This document shows, one piece after another, positions 9,498 through 18,803 of a stretch of DNA of 64,000 nt (position 1 is its first letter; each line of letters starts with the position of its first letter). The stretch lies in the IMG/VR virus record IMGVR_UViG_3300032269_000764, positions 6,730 to 70,729 of that record; one strand, written 5' to 3'. The translations under genes and the position numbers were made by a program. Origin of the DNA: a virus (Duplodnaviria; Caudoviricetes). Under the pieces are notes generated by a model. That model was not told where the DNA came from, made no database searches, and saw nothing but the letters and a program-made list of their open reading frames with translations.

Positions 9498-9918
9498 ATG
9501 CCCAGTGGGGAAATTTACTAAATTGTTCTCTACGTTGTAAAAAAATTAAATTGGTAGGATCTACTGTTGGTTTTTCTTCAAATTTATTTTCAGGTTTTGG
9601 ATCGGGAATCCACTGAGTGCGCATTTCATTTGAATTGTTTTTAATCTGTGACTGCAATGAATCTACAGTCTCTCTTAATTCATTATAGTGATCTTCTGCA
9701 TTAAATTTTAAAGACATATTTAATGCTGTCTTAGAAACTTCAGCCTGCGGTGCAGATTTTATATCAACCTGTGTTGGTGTATATGGAATCGAGGGAGGTA
9801 GGGGTACGTCCATCTGTGCAACAGATTCTGTATCCATTTTTATTGATGATGGAGTTAATGCCGGTGCAAATACTTGTTTTTCTGCATCGACATCTATTTG
9901 AATGTCTTGATCATTCAT
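9496..9918 (-). CDS. hypothetical protein (140 aa) at the position usually held by the tape-measure gene
   Basis: ORF with GGAGG RBS directly after the gp26/gp51-like pair; Pro/acidic N-half, helical-looking C-half. Confidence 0.55.
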   Translation of the reverse strand: MNDQDIQIDVDAEKQVFAPALTPSSIKMDTESVAQMDVPLPPSIPYTPTQVDIKSAPQAEVSKTALNMSLKFNAEDHYNELRETVDSLQSQIKNNSNEMRTQWIPDPKPENKFEEKPTVDPTNLIFLQRREQFSKFPHWA

Positions 9919-9920
9919 GG

Positions 9921-10130
9921 TTACATTCCTCCACTAAGATTATATGATTTTGCCATTTCTTCATGTTTCTTTTGTTCTTGATACTCAATGATGAGTTTGA
10001 CATAGATTTCTCTTTCCCACCAAATCATGCTATCTATGTCGAATAAGTTCCATCCAAAATTATTTATTAAGGTAAAATTTGTTGTAAAATAATCTTTTAA
10101 ATCAAAAAACTTTACCGATAGATAAAAAAA
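9921..10130 (-). CDS. gp51: gp51-like baseplate hub assembly/chaperone segment, no start codon; probably translated by -1 frameshift from gp26
   Basis: Not in the ORF track. Manual translation FFYLSVKFFDLKDYFTTNFTLINNFGWNLFDIDSMIWWEREIYVKLIIEYQEQKKHEE... fits the gp51 pattern (L..Y..TNF.L......L.EIE.M.PWER.IYV.LL); -1 frame relative to gp26. Confidence 0.75.
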   Translation of the reverse strand, partial: FFYLSVKFFDLKDYFTTNFTLINNFGWNLFDIDSMIWWEREIYVKLIIEYQEQKKHEEMAKSYNLSGGM

Positions 10131-10774
10131 CTTAAGATGCCGCTGACCTCCTTTTCACCGTCTTTGGTATCTAAAGTAATGTATAATTCAGGCAATTTTG
10201 TTAAAAAATGTTCTAGTTTTGGAACTATATTTAAAGGAAGATTATCCAACAACTTTTTAATTTCATCGGCTACAAAACGATCAACATAAAAAATTTCACC
10301 TTTGACAATTATTTTGTTTATACATGATTTTATTAATTGTTCTTTATCTAAAGATGATAATTTCAACAAATCTTTTATTGTCGGTGTGTGCAACATCAAT
10401 GTGATGTTTTCATTTAGTTTTATTGTATCTTCTATTATGTTATTTTTAGTTTTAATATCGTATATGAAGACTTGAATTTTTTCTTGATTATAGATTAAAT
10501 TAAGATATTCGTCTACACTTTTTGCTCTAATCTGTAGAAATAAAAATTCAGCATCAGCAAGACACAAATTTAAAATATCCAAACCTTCAGTATTTGATTT
10601 TAATAGTTCTAACATAGCATTTAGAGATAATTTTTTATTATCTTCTTGCAATACTATAGAAATATTTTTTGCATCTTTTACACGAAATGGTTTAAATGAT
10701 ACTTTTTGATTTGAAAACGGCAATACAGTTTCGTATTTTGGTAATAAATTTTCCAAAGACTGAAGAATGTCCAT
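10112..10774 (-). CDS. gp26: baseplate hub assembly protein gp26
   Basis: PKYETVLPFSNQKVSFKPFRVKD, DAEFLFLQIRAKSVDE and C-terminal G.LSFF are typical of gp26. Confidence 0.85.
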   Translation of the reverse strand: MDILQSLENLLPKYETVLPFSNQKVSFKPFRVKDAKNISIVLQEDNKKLSLNAMLELLKSNTEGLDILNLCLADAEFLFLQIRAKSVDEYLNLIYNQEKIQVFIYDIKTKNNIIEDTIKLNENITLMLHTPTIKDLLKLSSLDKEQLIKSCINKIIVKGEIFYVDRFVADEIKKLLDNLPLNIVPKLEHFLTKLPELYITLDTKDGEKEVSGILSFFIYR

Positions 10775-10786
10775 AACTCACCTTTT

Positions 10787-11347
10787 TTATTTAAATGTAA
10801 AATCTCTGTACATAAACAACACTTGATATGTAGAGTATTGATTTTGTTCCAACATTGTCAGATTTATCGGCATGCATTCGATTGGATAAACTTCAAAAAA
10901 AGTATATGTTCTATTGGTATTTCCATTTAAATCCAAAAAATTAATCTTCATTGTGCAATTATAAATGACATCGTCATAAAACGATAACTGGAATGGAGCA
11001 CTGACAGAACCTCTTTGTCTTCCGCCTGAATATATTAAGTTAAACCATTGATCAAAAAAATCTGTAATAAAGTGATCATTTGTTATTGCAAAACTCACTA
11101 ACACTCCCTGTGGAAATTTTTGATAACGTGGTACCGTTCTACCTAAACCATATCCTGCCAAATTATCAGCAATACCATCCAATGCTCTAGATCCAACAGT
11201 TACTGCTAAAGGCTGTAAATCTTTATTGTCAAGTTTAAGGGTTTTTGGTAACCCATCGAATGTCATAGAAAATCTATTTGATCTTTGCAAACCATTGTGG
11301 CGATCAAAATAATCTTTAATTGAAAGGATGGAATTTGTATTAGGCAT
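10787..11347 (-). CDS. gp54: baseplate tail-tube initiator gp54-like (tube fold)
   Basis: GLQRSNRFS..., FFDQWFNLI, FYDD...KINFLDLNG...FFEVYP; synteny with gp4/gp26. Confidence 0.7.
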   Translation of the reverse strand: MPNTNSILSIKDYFDRHNGLQRSNRFSMTFDGLPKTLKLDNKDLQPLAVTVGSRALDGIADNLAGYGLGRTVPRYQKFPQGVLVSFAITNDHFITDFFDQWFNLIYSGGRQRGSVSAPFQLSFYDDVIYNCTMKINFLDLNGNTNRTYTFFEVYPIECMPINLTMLEQNQYSTYQVLFMYRDFTFK

Positions 11348-11759
11348 TGTTAAATAAATCTTTTTCTGTTAAAATTTTAAATACAATGTTGTGGCTATCA
11401 CAGTATTTTTTAGCGGCTTGCCACTTGGCTGAATTCATTATCCAAATGGCTTTTTCTTTTTTAGAAGCGTTCTCTTTTAAATACGTTTGTTTTTTAGGTT
11501 TAACTTCAACCATCCAATTATGCACACCAGAAGAATTTTTAAATTGAATCAAGAAGTCTGGAAAATAATTGTGCACCTTTTCATCCAATGGATTTACATA
11601 AGGAATTGCAATTTCCTCCGAAGACCATTTTATAATGTTTGGAGTTTCATCACAAAATTTGCAAACATTTCTCTCCCACAATGATCTGCAGACTATTTTT
11701 GACACATCACCAGCATATTTCTTAGGATTTTTGGGATTATAAATCGATCTATATGCCAT
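11340..11759 (-). CDS. gp4: head completion nuclease gp4
   Basis: YNPKNPKKYAGD...RSLWER..CKFCD..PNIIKWSSEE..IPY...YFPDF, VEVKP, NSAKWQAA; start moved to ATG 11759. Confidence 0.92.
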   Translation of the reverse strand: MAYRSIYNPKNPKKYAGDVSKIVCRSLWERNVCKFCDETPNIIKWSSEEIAIPYVNPLDEKVHNYFPDFLIQFKNSSGVHNWMVEVKPKKQTYLKENASKKEKAIWIMNSAKWQAAKKYCDSHNIVFKILTEKDLFNNA

Positions 11760-11763
11760 ATAC

Positions 11764-11790
11764 AATATTTAGAGAATTTGTCTAAATATT
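11764..11790. promoter_or_regulatory. back-to-back late promoters (TCTAAATA on both strands) forming a 10-bp inverted repeat
   Basis: AATATTTAGA-N7-TCTAAATATT between divergent gp4 and gp48. Confidence 0.7.
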
Positions 11791-11794
11791 CAAT

Positions 11795-12616
11795 ATGGCA
11801 CAGTATTACTTCCAATATCCATACGGATCTTATGCCGCAGAACAACCTATGTGGATGAATTTTTATTGTGCTGGATACTCATTAGTAAATTCAGATAGAA
11901 CCAGAGCAGGTGTAATTAATAGAGCATTTGCCCACCTAGTTCTACCGATGCCAAAAGAACCGGGATATCTTGCTGCACATGAATACGGTGAAAGCAACAA
12001 CAATCCTGTAGGACCGATGTTGAGTCGTGCTGGTATCGCAAATTCAGGTGGTGGTGCGCAGGGTGCTATAAGTGTTTTAAAAAGAACTTTGCAACCAGCA
12101 ACATTTTATTGGGAAAGAATGTTTGCTACCCCAACTTATCGTAGATTTAGTAATATTGCTGAAGCAACAATGGTATCAGAAGCAAGAAAGAAATATTATT
12201 TTCAATATTTGTTTGCACCAAAAAATGCAGATGAATCATTTCAAATAGATAATATTATTGGAACTTTTAGAAAATCCTCTTATCCCACTGTTGCTACAGG
12301 ATTGCCTGAAAGAACATATCCACAGCAATTGTGGACGTTGCAAGTTTCTAGAGGAAATGGTGTGGCGTTTGGTTCAAATACTGATTTGACTGCAGATTGG
12401 TTGGGAGAACCATTAGTGTGTGTATTAGAAACAGTAAAAGTTCAAAAAAATGATGAAAGTGATCCTATAATCAGATATTTACCAGATGGAAAATCCTCAT
12501 TAACAATGTTGGGTTTGGTGTTTAGTGAATTTGAAACAGGATCATATGATCCTTCTGTAAATGGAGTTCAATCCAAATCTGAAATTTCTTATAGATATTT
12601 TGGCACATCAACATGA
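11795..12616 (+). CDS. gp48: baseplate tail-tube cap gp48-like
   Basis: HLVLPMP, ARKKYYFQYLFAPKNADES..I.NII.TFRKSSYP fit the gp48 pattern. Confidence 0.75.
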   Translation: MAQYYFQYPYGSYAAEQPMWMNFYCAGYSLVNSDRTRAGVINRAFAHLVLPMPKEPGYLAAHEYGESNNNPVGPMLSRAGIANSGGGAQGAISVLKRTLQPATFYWERMFATPTYRRFSNIAEATMVSEARKKYYFQYLFAPKNADESFQIDNIIGTFRKSSYPTVATGLPERTYPQQLWTLQVSRGNGVAFGSNTDLTADWLGEPLVCVLETVKVQKNDESDPIIRYLPDGKSSLTMLGLVFSEFETGSYDPSVNGVQSKSEISYRYFGTST

Positions 12617-13485
12617 AATTTTTTAAAAATCTACCACAAACAGGTTTTAATAGTTCTATTGGATCTTTTAGCATTTCTGATTTTTTTACTTATCTGGATG
12701 TTAATAGAAATGCAATTGATATAACTACCGCTAAAGTCGATGATAAAACAACTTTGGTAGAAGCCGCATATCGAGTCTATAATGATGTTAATAGTTTTTG
12801 GACATTTGTTGCAGCCAATCAAACTGTGAATCCATTTGATTTATTGGCACCAAATAGTACTGTATATTCTCAACAAAATATCAGTAAAATAAACTTATTA
12901 CTATTTTCAAGCCCCGGAGTAACTACAGGCGCTTCGTCTTTCTATCCGGGAAGTATAATAATGCCTTATACCGGAAATACTGGAGCATCCTATCAATTGG
13001 GTGTAACTGGTAATTTTGATGTAAATGGTCCATTTACAATAGTAGAGGCCACATCATTCTATGATGGAAACATGATTATAGGCCCACAGTACAACAGTAC
13101 TTTTATTAGTGTTACAGGTACAGCAGACCACGTTACCGTAATACAAAAAAATGTAGATGGTACATATACTTGGGCCGGGACATATTACACAGGAAATAAA
13201 AAATCTTCAGGTGATAGAATAATTCAAATTATTCAAAATACACAAGCCCAGACAATTTACAGAGAAACTACAACCGGAAACAGAACAATTGATTATGTAC
13301 AACCACAGGCTGTTCCTGCTCCGGATGATGAAAATCAAATAGCGGTTCCTGCTGGAAGCACAGCTCCAACTCTCACTTATACAATTCAACAAACTGTTAA
13401 CAACGCTCCAAAACAAATTCAAGCATATGTTCCCAGTCAACTTGGATTTGTTCAGAGTTCATTTATAACCACTAAGTATAGTTGA
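12613..13485 (+). CDS. gp53: baseplate wedge protein gp53-like
   Basis: MKFFKNLP, KVDDKTTLVEAAYRVYND..SFWTF..AN..VNPF (LysM-like gp53 pattern); follows gp48. Confidence 0.7.
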   Translation: MKFFKNLPQTGFNSSIGSFSISDFFTYLDVNRNAIDITTAKVDDKTTLVEAAYRVYNDVNSFWTFVAANQTVNPFDLLAPNSTVYSQQNISKINLLLFSSPGVTTGASSFYPGSIIMPYTGNTGASYQLGVTGNFDVNGPFTIVEATSFYDGNMIIGPQYNSTFISVTGTADHVTVIQKNVDGTYTWAGTYYTGNKKSSGDRIIQIIQNTQAQTIYRETTTGNRTIDYVQPQAVPAPDDENQIAVPAGSTAPTLTYTIQQTVNNAPKQIQAYVPSQLGFVQSSFITTKYS

Positions 13486-13486
13486 T

Positions 13487-15457
13487 ATGCCTAATACAAG
13501 TAAAAATTTTAATCCTGCGTATTCTACAATAAAGGCTATTTATTTAACCAGCAAATCAGATGGTACTACATCTAATGCTTTAAACATATTGCAACAAAAC
13601 ACACAGTGTAGATTTGAGCGACTTGAAACAGTTGAAAATATTAATGATGTATTTCCAAATGGAAGTATTGGTGTTACGGATCTTAGAGATATAGCAAGTT
13701 ATATCGGTTACAATAATATTACAAATGTTATCATTGAATTCTTTAATGGTTCAAAATGGATTTGTGATATTACCAGCGCATCATATAGCAGTAATGCGGC
13801 TTCCGATACTGAAGATAATATATTTGTAATTCATTTTACCAATTCATATTATCGTTATTTTTCTTCAAATACTTTAACTGAATTGATGTCTAATCAGGGA
13901 TATGGGCGTCCAACAGTTTTTACTATTGATGAATTTGTAAAGATATTAAAAAAGGACATTTTTGGAAATACTGGTGGGTATAGCGATTCTGCAAGCAATT
14001 ATTTTTTATATAAACCACTAATACCATTTAATAATCGGGAAGAAACAATCCCCGACAACGCAGTAGAAATGTTAAATTATCTTTCTACGGGTGCTGTAGG
14101 AGTGACTGGCCAATCACCAAATTTTTTATTTTGGACAAGTTTTGGTGGAGATGTAAATTTTAAATATTTTCAAAGAGGGCTTACACAAGATCCATCATAT
14201 AAAACAATAGATGCTGATTATAGAAATATAGCCGTTTTTAATGGTGATTCTGTTATACAAAAACTTTCTGATAAAAAAATATATCGAAAAGCATACTTTT
14301 TTGCTACTAATCCAGCATTTCAATGGATTTCTAAAAATTATTATTATGTTAGAAAAACACCAAAATATCTGGATGAATTGCCGACCGAATTTCTTGCAGA
14401 AGATGCTGATTCAGAGTCTTATACCAGAGGAAATTTGGCATTTCACTTTCAAGATGATGGCGAAAAATATAATATTGATATAGTAACTATAGATGGAAGA
14501 GGAAATACTGCACCAAAAGGTGGAGATAGGTTGATGGTTGAAAATAGTTGGGGATATTTTGATGGAAATGTTCCAACAAATAATAAATCAAATCCAAGTT
14601 TTCTTAATAACAATTATGGAACAAATGACGCATATCAAACATTGAATTTTATGGGTAAAACTGGATATATGCCATTTTTAGATAGCCCCGATATGTGGAA
14701 AAATATGTTTGATTTGACTCCAATACATCCAAATTATCCAGATCCATTAACATCAAAAATAGTAGCAGGAAAAGATACGTATTTGGATAAAATAATGCAG
14801 ATTCGTTATTATGTCTCAAATTATTTAAATTATTATGATGGTCCCTTGCCATTGGATGGTACTACAGGTGGAGACCGTTTAACTAAATTGAGACAAATTG
14901 AAAAGCAAAATTTTGTAATGTATTCATTATGTTGTATGGGAAATTCAGAAGATTGTTTCTTTGCAGTTTTACAGAGATATGAACCAGATTCAACCTATTA
15001 TTCAGAACAAGGACCGTATCACGGACAAGGTCAAACTGGACCAAATGGTGCAAAATATTATCGATATAAATGGAATAAATTAAATTTTACTTCAGGTGCT
15101 TCTGGTGTAACAAGTGCATATGGAATTGCAAGCGGTAGATCCGGCAATACTTATGAGGGGCATCAAATTGAACAGTGGTCTCTCGATCCATCAATCAAAT
15201 CTGGAATAACTCAAGATAATACTTGGGCTATAAATTTAAATGAACGTGGATTGACTGGAAATTATTTACCACCTGGATGGGTACCCATTTCGGCTCCATC
15301 TAGTAATTTTAAATATCGTCCAATTGGTGCCATAGGTTCTAGTATTTCTGACTCGGGAGATATTGTACACATTGCGCGTGTATGCATACAACAAGTTGGT
15401 GCTAATGATCAATTAGTCTATTTTTGGGCTGAAAATGTTATGGATGGAAGCTGTTAA
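13487..15457 (+). CDS. baseplate hub (gp27-like) N-terminal part with large extension (656 aa)
   Basis: ETVENINDVFPNGSIGVTD and FLFW...G.VNFK resemble the hub N-half; position after gp53. Confidence 0.5.
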   Translation: MPNTSKNFNPAYSTIKAIYLTSKSDGTTSNALNILQQNTQCRFERLETVENINDVFPNGSIGVTDLRDIASYIGYNNITNVIIEFFNGSKWICDITSASYSSNAASDTEDNIFVIHFTNSYYRYFSSNTLTELMSNQGYGRPTVFTIDEFVKILKKDIFGNTGGYSDSASNYFLYKPLIPFNNREETIPDNAVEMLNYLSTGAVGVTGQSPNFLFWTSFGGDVNFKYFQRGLTQDPSYKTIDADYRNIAVFNGDSVIQKLSDKKIYRKAYFFATNPAFQWISKNYYYVRKTPKYLDELPTEFLAEDADSESYTRGNLAFHFQDDGEKYNIDIVTIDGRGNTAPKGGDRLMVENSWGYFDGNVPTNNKSNPSFLNNNYGTNDAYQTLNFMGKTGYMPFLDSPDMWKNMFDLTPIHPNYPDPLTSKIVAGKDTYLDKIMQIRYYVSNYLNYYDGPLPLDGTTGGDRLTKLRQIEKQNFVMYSLCCMGNSEDCFFAVLQRYEPDSTYYSEQGPYHGQGQTGPNGAKYYRYKWNKLNFTSGASGVTSAYGIASGRSGNTYEGHQIEQWSLDPSIKSGITQDNTWAINLNERGLTGNYLPPGWVPISAPSSNFKYRPIGAIGSSISDSGDIVHIARVCIQQVGANDQLVYFWAENVMDGSC

Positions 15458-15474
15458 TTCTCGGAGATTTTATT

Positions 15475-16206
15475 ATGTCTAAACAGATTGTAGTACGTGG
15501 ATCAAGCGAAGTAAAAAATGCTTTTTATTCTGTTAATTCGCGTGATGTATACGATTGTGCAAATGGAAGAATAACCCAAGGTAACTGTGGGGCTCCAGCA
15601 TCATTGGATGCGTGCTTTAAACAATACCCGCAAATTTTACAAACTGCAAAAGCTATAGGTTTTTATAATACAGATTTATATGGTCCATCTGGATATACTT
15701 TATGGACAGGAAATCCGGGAGGATCATTTGGTAAAGGATTGGATTTATATTTTAATACCACAACCGAAGAAGTAAATCTTGTTGCAAAATTGTTAGGAAC
15801 TGCATGGACTGGTTGTTTGTGGGGTACACCAAATGCATCATACAGTAGCAACTGCCCAGATATTGGACCTAAGTATGAGGCATATATTAAACACCGCTTG
15901 AATGATGCTTCTTTTTGGAATACTCCAGTAGAGGGTCCAGTACAGCGTGCAGAATTTGTGGACGCATTACAATATGGGAGAAAGGTAGATATAACTATAG
16001 CCGGTGATTTTAATTTAAAAGTAGGCCAAGTTGTTAATGTTAAGGCCGATGCTTTGAGCGGATATCCATATGTCTCGACTCCATCGTATTTAAATGGATT
16101 ATATTATATAACAGGAATAAAACATGTAGTAAGTAATTCGGGAACCCATGAAACTGCATTGGCATTAAGTCAAATTGCAGGAGTAAGCGGTCCATATTAC
16201 CCTTGA
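15475..16206 (+). CDS. baseplate hub (gp27/gpD-like) C-terminal part (243 aa)
   Basis: ITIAGDFNLKVGQVVNV...NGLYYITGIKHVV...HETALAL is the typical hub C-terminal barrel; has its own GGAG RBS. Confidence 0.6.
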   Translation: MSKQIVVRGSSEVKNAFYSVNSRDVYDCANGRITQGNCGAPASLDACFKQYPQILQTAKAIGFYNTDLYGPSGYTLWTGNPGGSFGKGLDLYFNTTTEEVNLVAKLLGTAWTGCLWGTPNASYSSNCPDIGPKYEAYIKHRLNDASFWNTPVEGPVQRAEFVDALQYGRKVDITIAGDFNLKVGQVVNVKADALSGYPYVSTPSYLNGLYYITGIKHVVSNSGTHETALALSQIAGVSGPYYP

Positions 16207-16214
16207 TATAAATA
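16207..16214 (+). promoter_or_regulatory. late promoter TATAAATA
   Basis: Exact consensus 5 nt before the gp25 ATG. Confidence 0.75.
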
Positions 16215-16219
16215 TTCTG

Positions 16220-16603
16220 ATGGCATTAAAAGATTTTTCCATACTATTAGAAAAAATATCTACAAATTCAACCAAAAAAGATTTGGCTGTTGTGAGTGGA
16301 TTTAATGCCTATTCTCAATATATTGAAGCTGTTTGCAAAACCCAAAAAGGCGAACTTGTTTCAAATATGAATTTAGGATCAGATTATTTTAAATATATCT
16401 TCAATGGGCAAGGAAATGTGGGTTCATTGGAAGTAAGTTTGGCAGCATATATAAGTGCTGCAATTCCGGAATTGTCAAATGTACAAGTAAATGTAGAATA
16501 TATAACTGATACAGTAATTCAGTTTTTAGTTACTTATTTGATAACTGATGGAATAAATACACAAAATAAAGCAAGCACCTATATAGAGGTTCAACTACAA
16601 TGA
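16220..16603 (+). CDS. gp25: baseplate wedge protein gp25
   Basis: KDFSI...DLAVV, T.KGE...N.NLGSD...YIF; 127 aa; precedes gp6. Confidence 0.8.
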   Translation: MALKDFSILLEKISTNSTKKDLAVVSGFNAYSQYIEAVCKTQKGELVSNMNLGSDYFKYIFNGQGNVGSLEVSLAAYISAAIPELSNVQVNVEYITDTVIQFLVTYLITDGINTQNKASTYIEVQLQ

Positions 16604-17679
16604 CCTATCAACTTCAAAATCTTGATGTATCGTCTTTGGATTTTGACGATATAAAAACATCTTTAATCTCGTTTTTTAAACAACAACCAGATTTAGCCGA
16701 TTTGGATTTTGATAATAATGCAAGCACCACAAATTTATTGATTAATATTCTAGCCACTGTTACTGCATATAACGGCGTGTATTCACAATTTGGTTATGTA
16801 AATTCTTTTGCAACAACCACAACACTGTTACAAAGTTTATTGGGTATAGCAGCCAACAGTTCAGTTTTAATTGCACCTACACAAGGGTCAACAACTGTAG
16901 GTAGCATCAGTACATCAGGTGTTACTTTACAAAGTTATAGCACCTTTTTGGCCACATCTACGAATGGTGCAAATTTGTATTTCTTTAATACTGATGCTGT
17001 AAATCCAAATACTAATACCACTCTTACTCTCTATTCCGGTTCCCAAGTTGTTAATTATACAAATTATGATTACAAAACACAATCATGTCAGTTGCCATAC
17101 ACAGTGGATCCGAGAACTATTAAATTTTATACGGCTCCATTAAATTCGTCTAATGTAACAACATGGACAAGAGTAGATCGTGGATCAAATGCAAGCACAG
17201 GAAATAAAACAACATTTACCGTTATAAATGGACCAGAAGGTTATATTGTTACAAACAATTTGCCCTCTGCACAAACAATTACTACTGCAAGTACAGTATT
17301 AATTAAAGCAGTTGTTTCTAATGGTGTTGCAGCAAATAACTCTACTATAATACAACGTCCAGACGTATCATTCATTTCTTCTAGTACGCCTTCAGGGGGA
17401 TATGATCAAATTTCTGTTCCTCTGGCAAGATATAAATTATTGTTTAATGCCACTGGTCAAGATCGCTGTGTTACACTTAATGATTATGTTAATGCGATTT
17501 TAAGTTCTGGTTTAGATGGAACATCAGATTCTTCACTTATTACAGTACAAAATGATTCAAACACTCCCGCTCTTGTAAAAATTTATGTTTCAGGATTGTC
17601 TGCATCAAATCAAACAGCATTGATGCAATATTTAAATACAAAAGCAGTTGCTGGAATTAATTTAACTTATAGTTTATGA
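16600..17679 (+). CDS. gp6: baseplate wedge protein gp6-like, short (359 aa)
   Basis: LDVSSLDFDDIKTSL..FF.QQ...D.DF, YNGVY...SFATT, GGYD...Q.RCVT.NDY. Confidence 0.8.
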   Translation: MTYQLQNLDVSSLDFDDIKTSLISFFKQQPDLADLDFDNNASTTNLLINILATVTAYNGVYSQFGYVNSFATTTTLLQSLLGIAANSSVLIAPTQGSTTVGSISTSGVTLQSYSTFLATSTNGANLYFFNTDAVNPNTNTTLTLYSGSQVVNYTNYDYKTQSCQLPYTVDPRTIKFYTAPLNSSNVTTWTRVDRGSNASTGNKTTFTVINGPEGYIVTNNLPSAQTITTASTVLIKAVVSNGVAANNSTIIQRPDVSFISSSTPSGGYDQISVPLARYKLLFNATGQDRCVTLNDYVNAILSSGLDGTSDSSLITVQNDSNTPALVKIYVSGLSASNQTALMQYLNTKAVAGINLTYSL

Positions 17680-18329
17680 TTTTATTATTCAACAATCAAC
17701 CGGTTACCTTAACTAGTAAAGTTTCTATTTTATTAAATAATGTTCAATTGATTGGTGGAAGTAATAAGGAAAATAGATTCAATATACTAAACAAAGCGAA
17801 TAATTCGTGGTTGGCAGATGAATTAACTGTTGAGTCTTTGTTTCCCCAATGGTTAATCAAAGAATATAAGAATAATCCGAGTAATGTTACAATCATAACA
17901 ATTGTTAAAAATTATATGAGATGGCTTTTAAGCCAAGATTATGGATATGGCGCACAATTAAACTGGGAAAATTTGAGAATACCATTATATGCAAATTCAG
18001 TATTTCTGGAAGCATATGCGGATTTTTATTTTCCAAATGCAGATTTTTCACAACAGCCATTATCAAATGTTCTCACAAATATTAGAGCATTTTCTGTGAT
18101 GGCCGGCAAAGATTATTTTGACATAAAGGGAACTCCTGCTGCTATAAAATATGTAATATGTTCTCTTTTAGGATTTCAATGGAATGATGTGATTGTTTCG
18201 CAATCAACGTCTTCCACAATTTTAATATCGATAGCATCTGCTCAAAGTTCTAGTTTAAATCAGTATAAACCTTTTTTAATGAATTATGTAATTCCTGCGG
18301 GGATTGTAGTCAACTATAGTACCTTTTAA
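17676..18329 (+). CDS. baseplate wedge protein gp7/P2 gpI-like, short (217 aa)
   Basis: ESLFPQWLIKEY...KNYMRWL and YFDIKGTPAAIKYV (KGT motif), IPAG near the C-terminus; follows gp6. Confidence 0.6.
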   Translation: MILLFNNQPVTLTSKVSILLNNVQLIGGSNKENRFNILNKANNSWLADELTVESLFPQWLIKEYKNNPSNVTIITIVKNYMRWLLSQDYGYGAQLNWENLRIPLYANSVFLEAYADFYFPNADFSQQPLSNVLTNIRAFSVMAGKDYFDIKGTPAAIKYVICSLLGFQWNDVIVSQSTSSTILISIASAQSSSLNQYKPFLMNYVIPAGIVVNYSTF

Positions 18330-18342
18330 TTGAGATATTTTT

Positions 18343-18747
18343 ATGATTAAACAAATGGTTATGTTTGCGGCATCTTTGGCTTCTAGAGGTTTAGGAAATA
18401 AAAAAACCGATCTAGAAACAAAACAGTTGCGGGTTGTTTCTTGTTTTGGAATAGAAAATAAAATTAGCCCATGTCCATTTTTACGGATTAGCCATGAACA
18501 AGGAAATAAACATTTTTGTGGAAGATGTGGGTGTGGTGACAGATCACACACATGGCTAATCAAAGATTCTACAGAATATTCTAAATTAGATTATCCCGTA
18601 TTAAATTGTCCTGTCCACATGCCCGGATTCAGTAATTATGATCCAAATTTTAATATACCTGAAATCAAAGAAAGAAAAGAACAGATAGAATCTTTGGAGC
18701 CAGAGGAGTTAAAATTAATTCAAGTTACTATTGGTGGAACCGACTAA
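18343..18747 (+). CDS. Cys-rich putative metal-binding protein (134 aa)
   Basis: C-x9-CP-x12-CGRCGC...CP motif. Confidence 0.6.
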   Translation: MIKQMVMFAASLASRGLGNKKTDLETKQLRVVSCFGIENKISPCPFLRISHEQGNKHFCGRCGCGDRSHTWLIKDSTEYSKLDYPVLNCPVHMPGFSNYDPNFNIPEIKERKEQIESLEPEELKLIQVTIGGTD

Positions 18748-18790
18748 TACAGATATTTGCTTTATACAATAAATAAAATTGTATAAAATT

Positions 18791-18798
18791 CATAAATA
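18791..18798 (+). promoter_or_regulatory. late promoter CATAAATA
   Basis: 5 nt before the gp13 ATG. Confidence 0.65.
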
Positions 18799-18803
18799 TT
18801 TGT

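Noticed and set aside
15455-15477. Frameshift or sequencing error splitting the hub gene
   Set aside because: The second ORF has its own GGAG RBS and ATG 17 nt after a TAA, and there is no slippery run; treated as a real two-gene split
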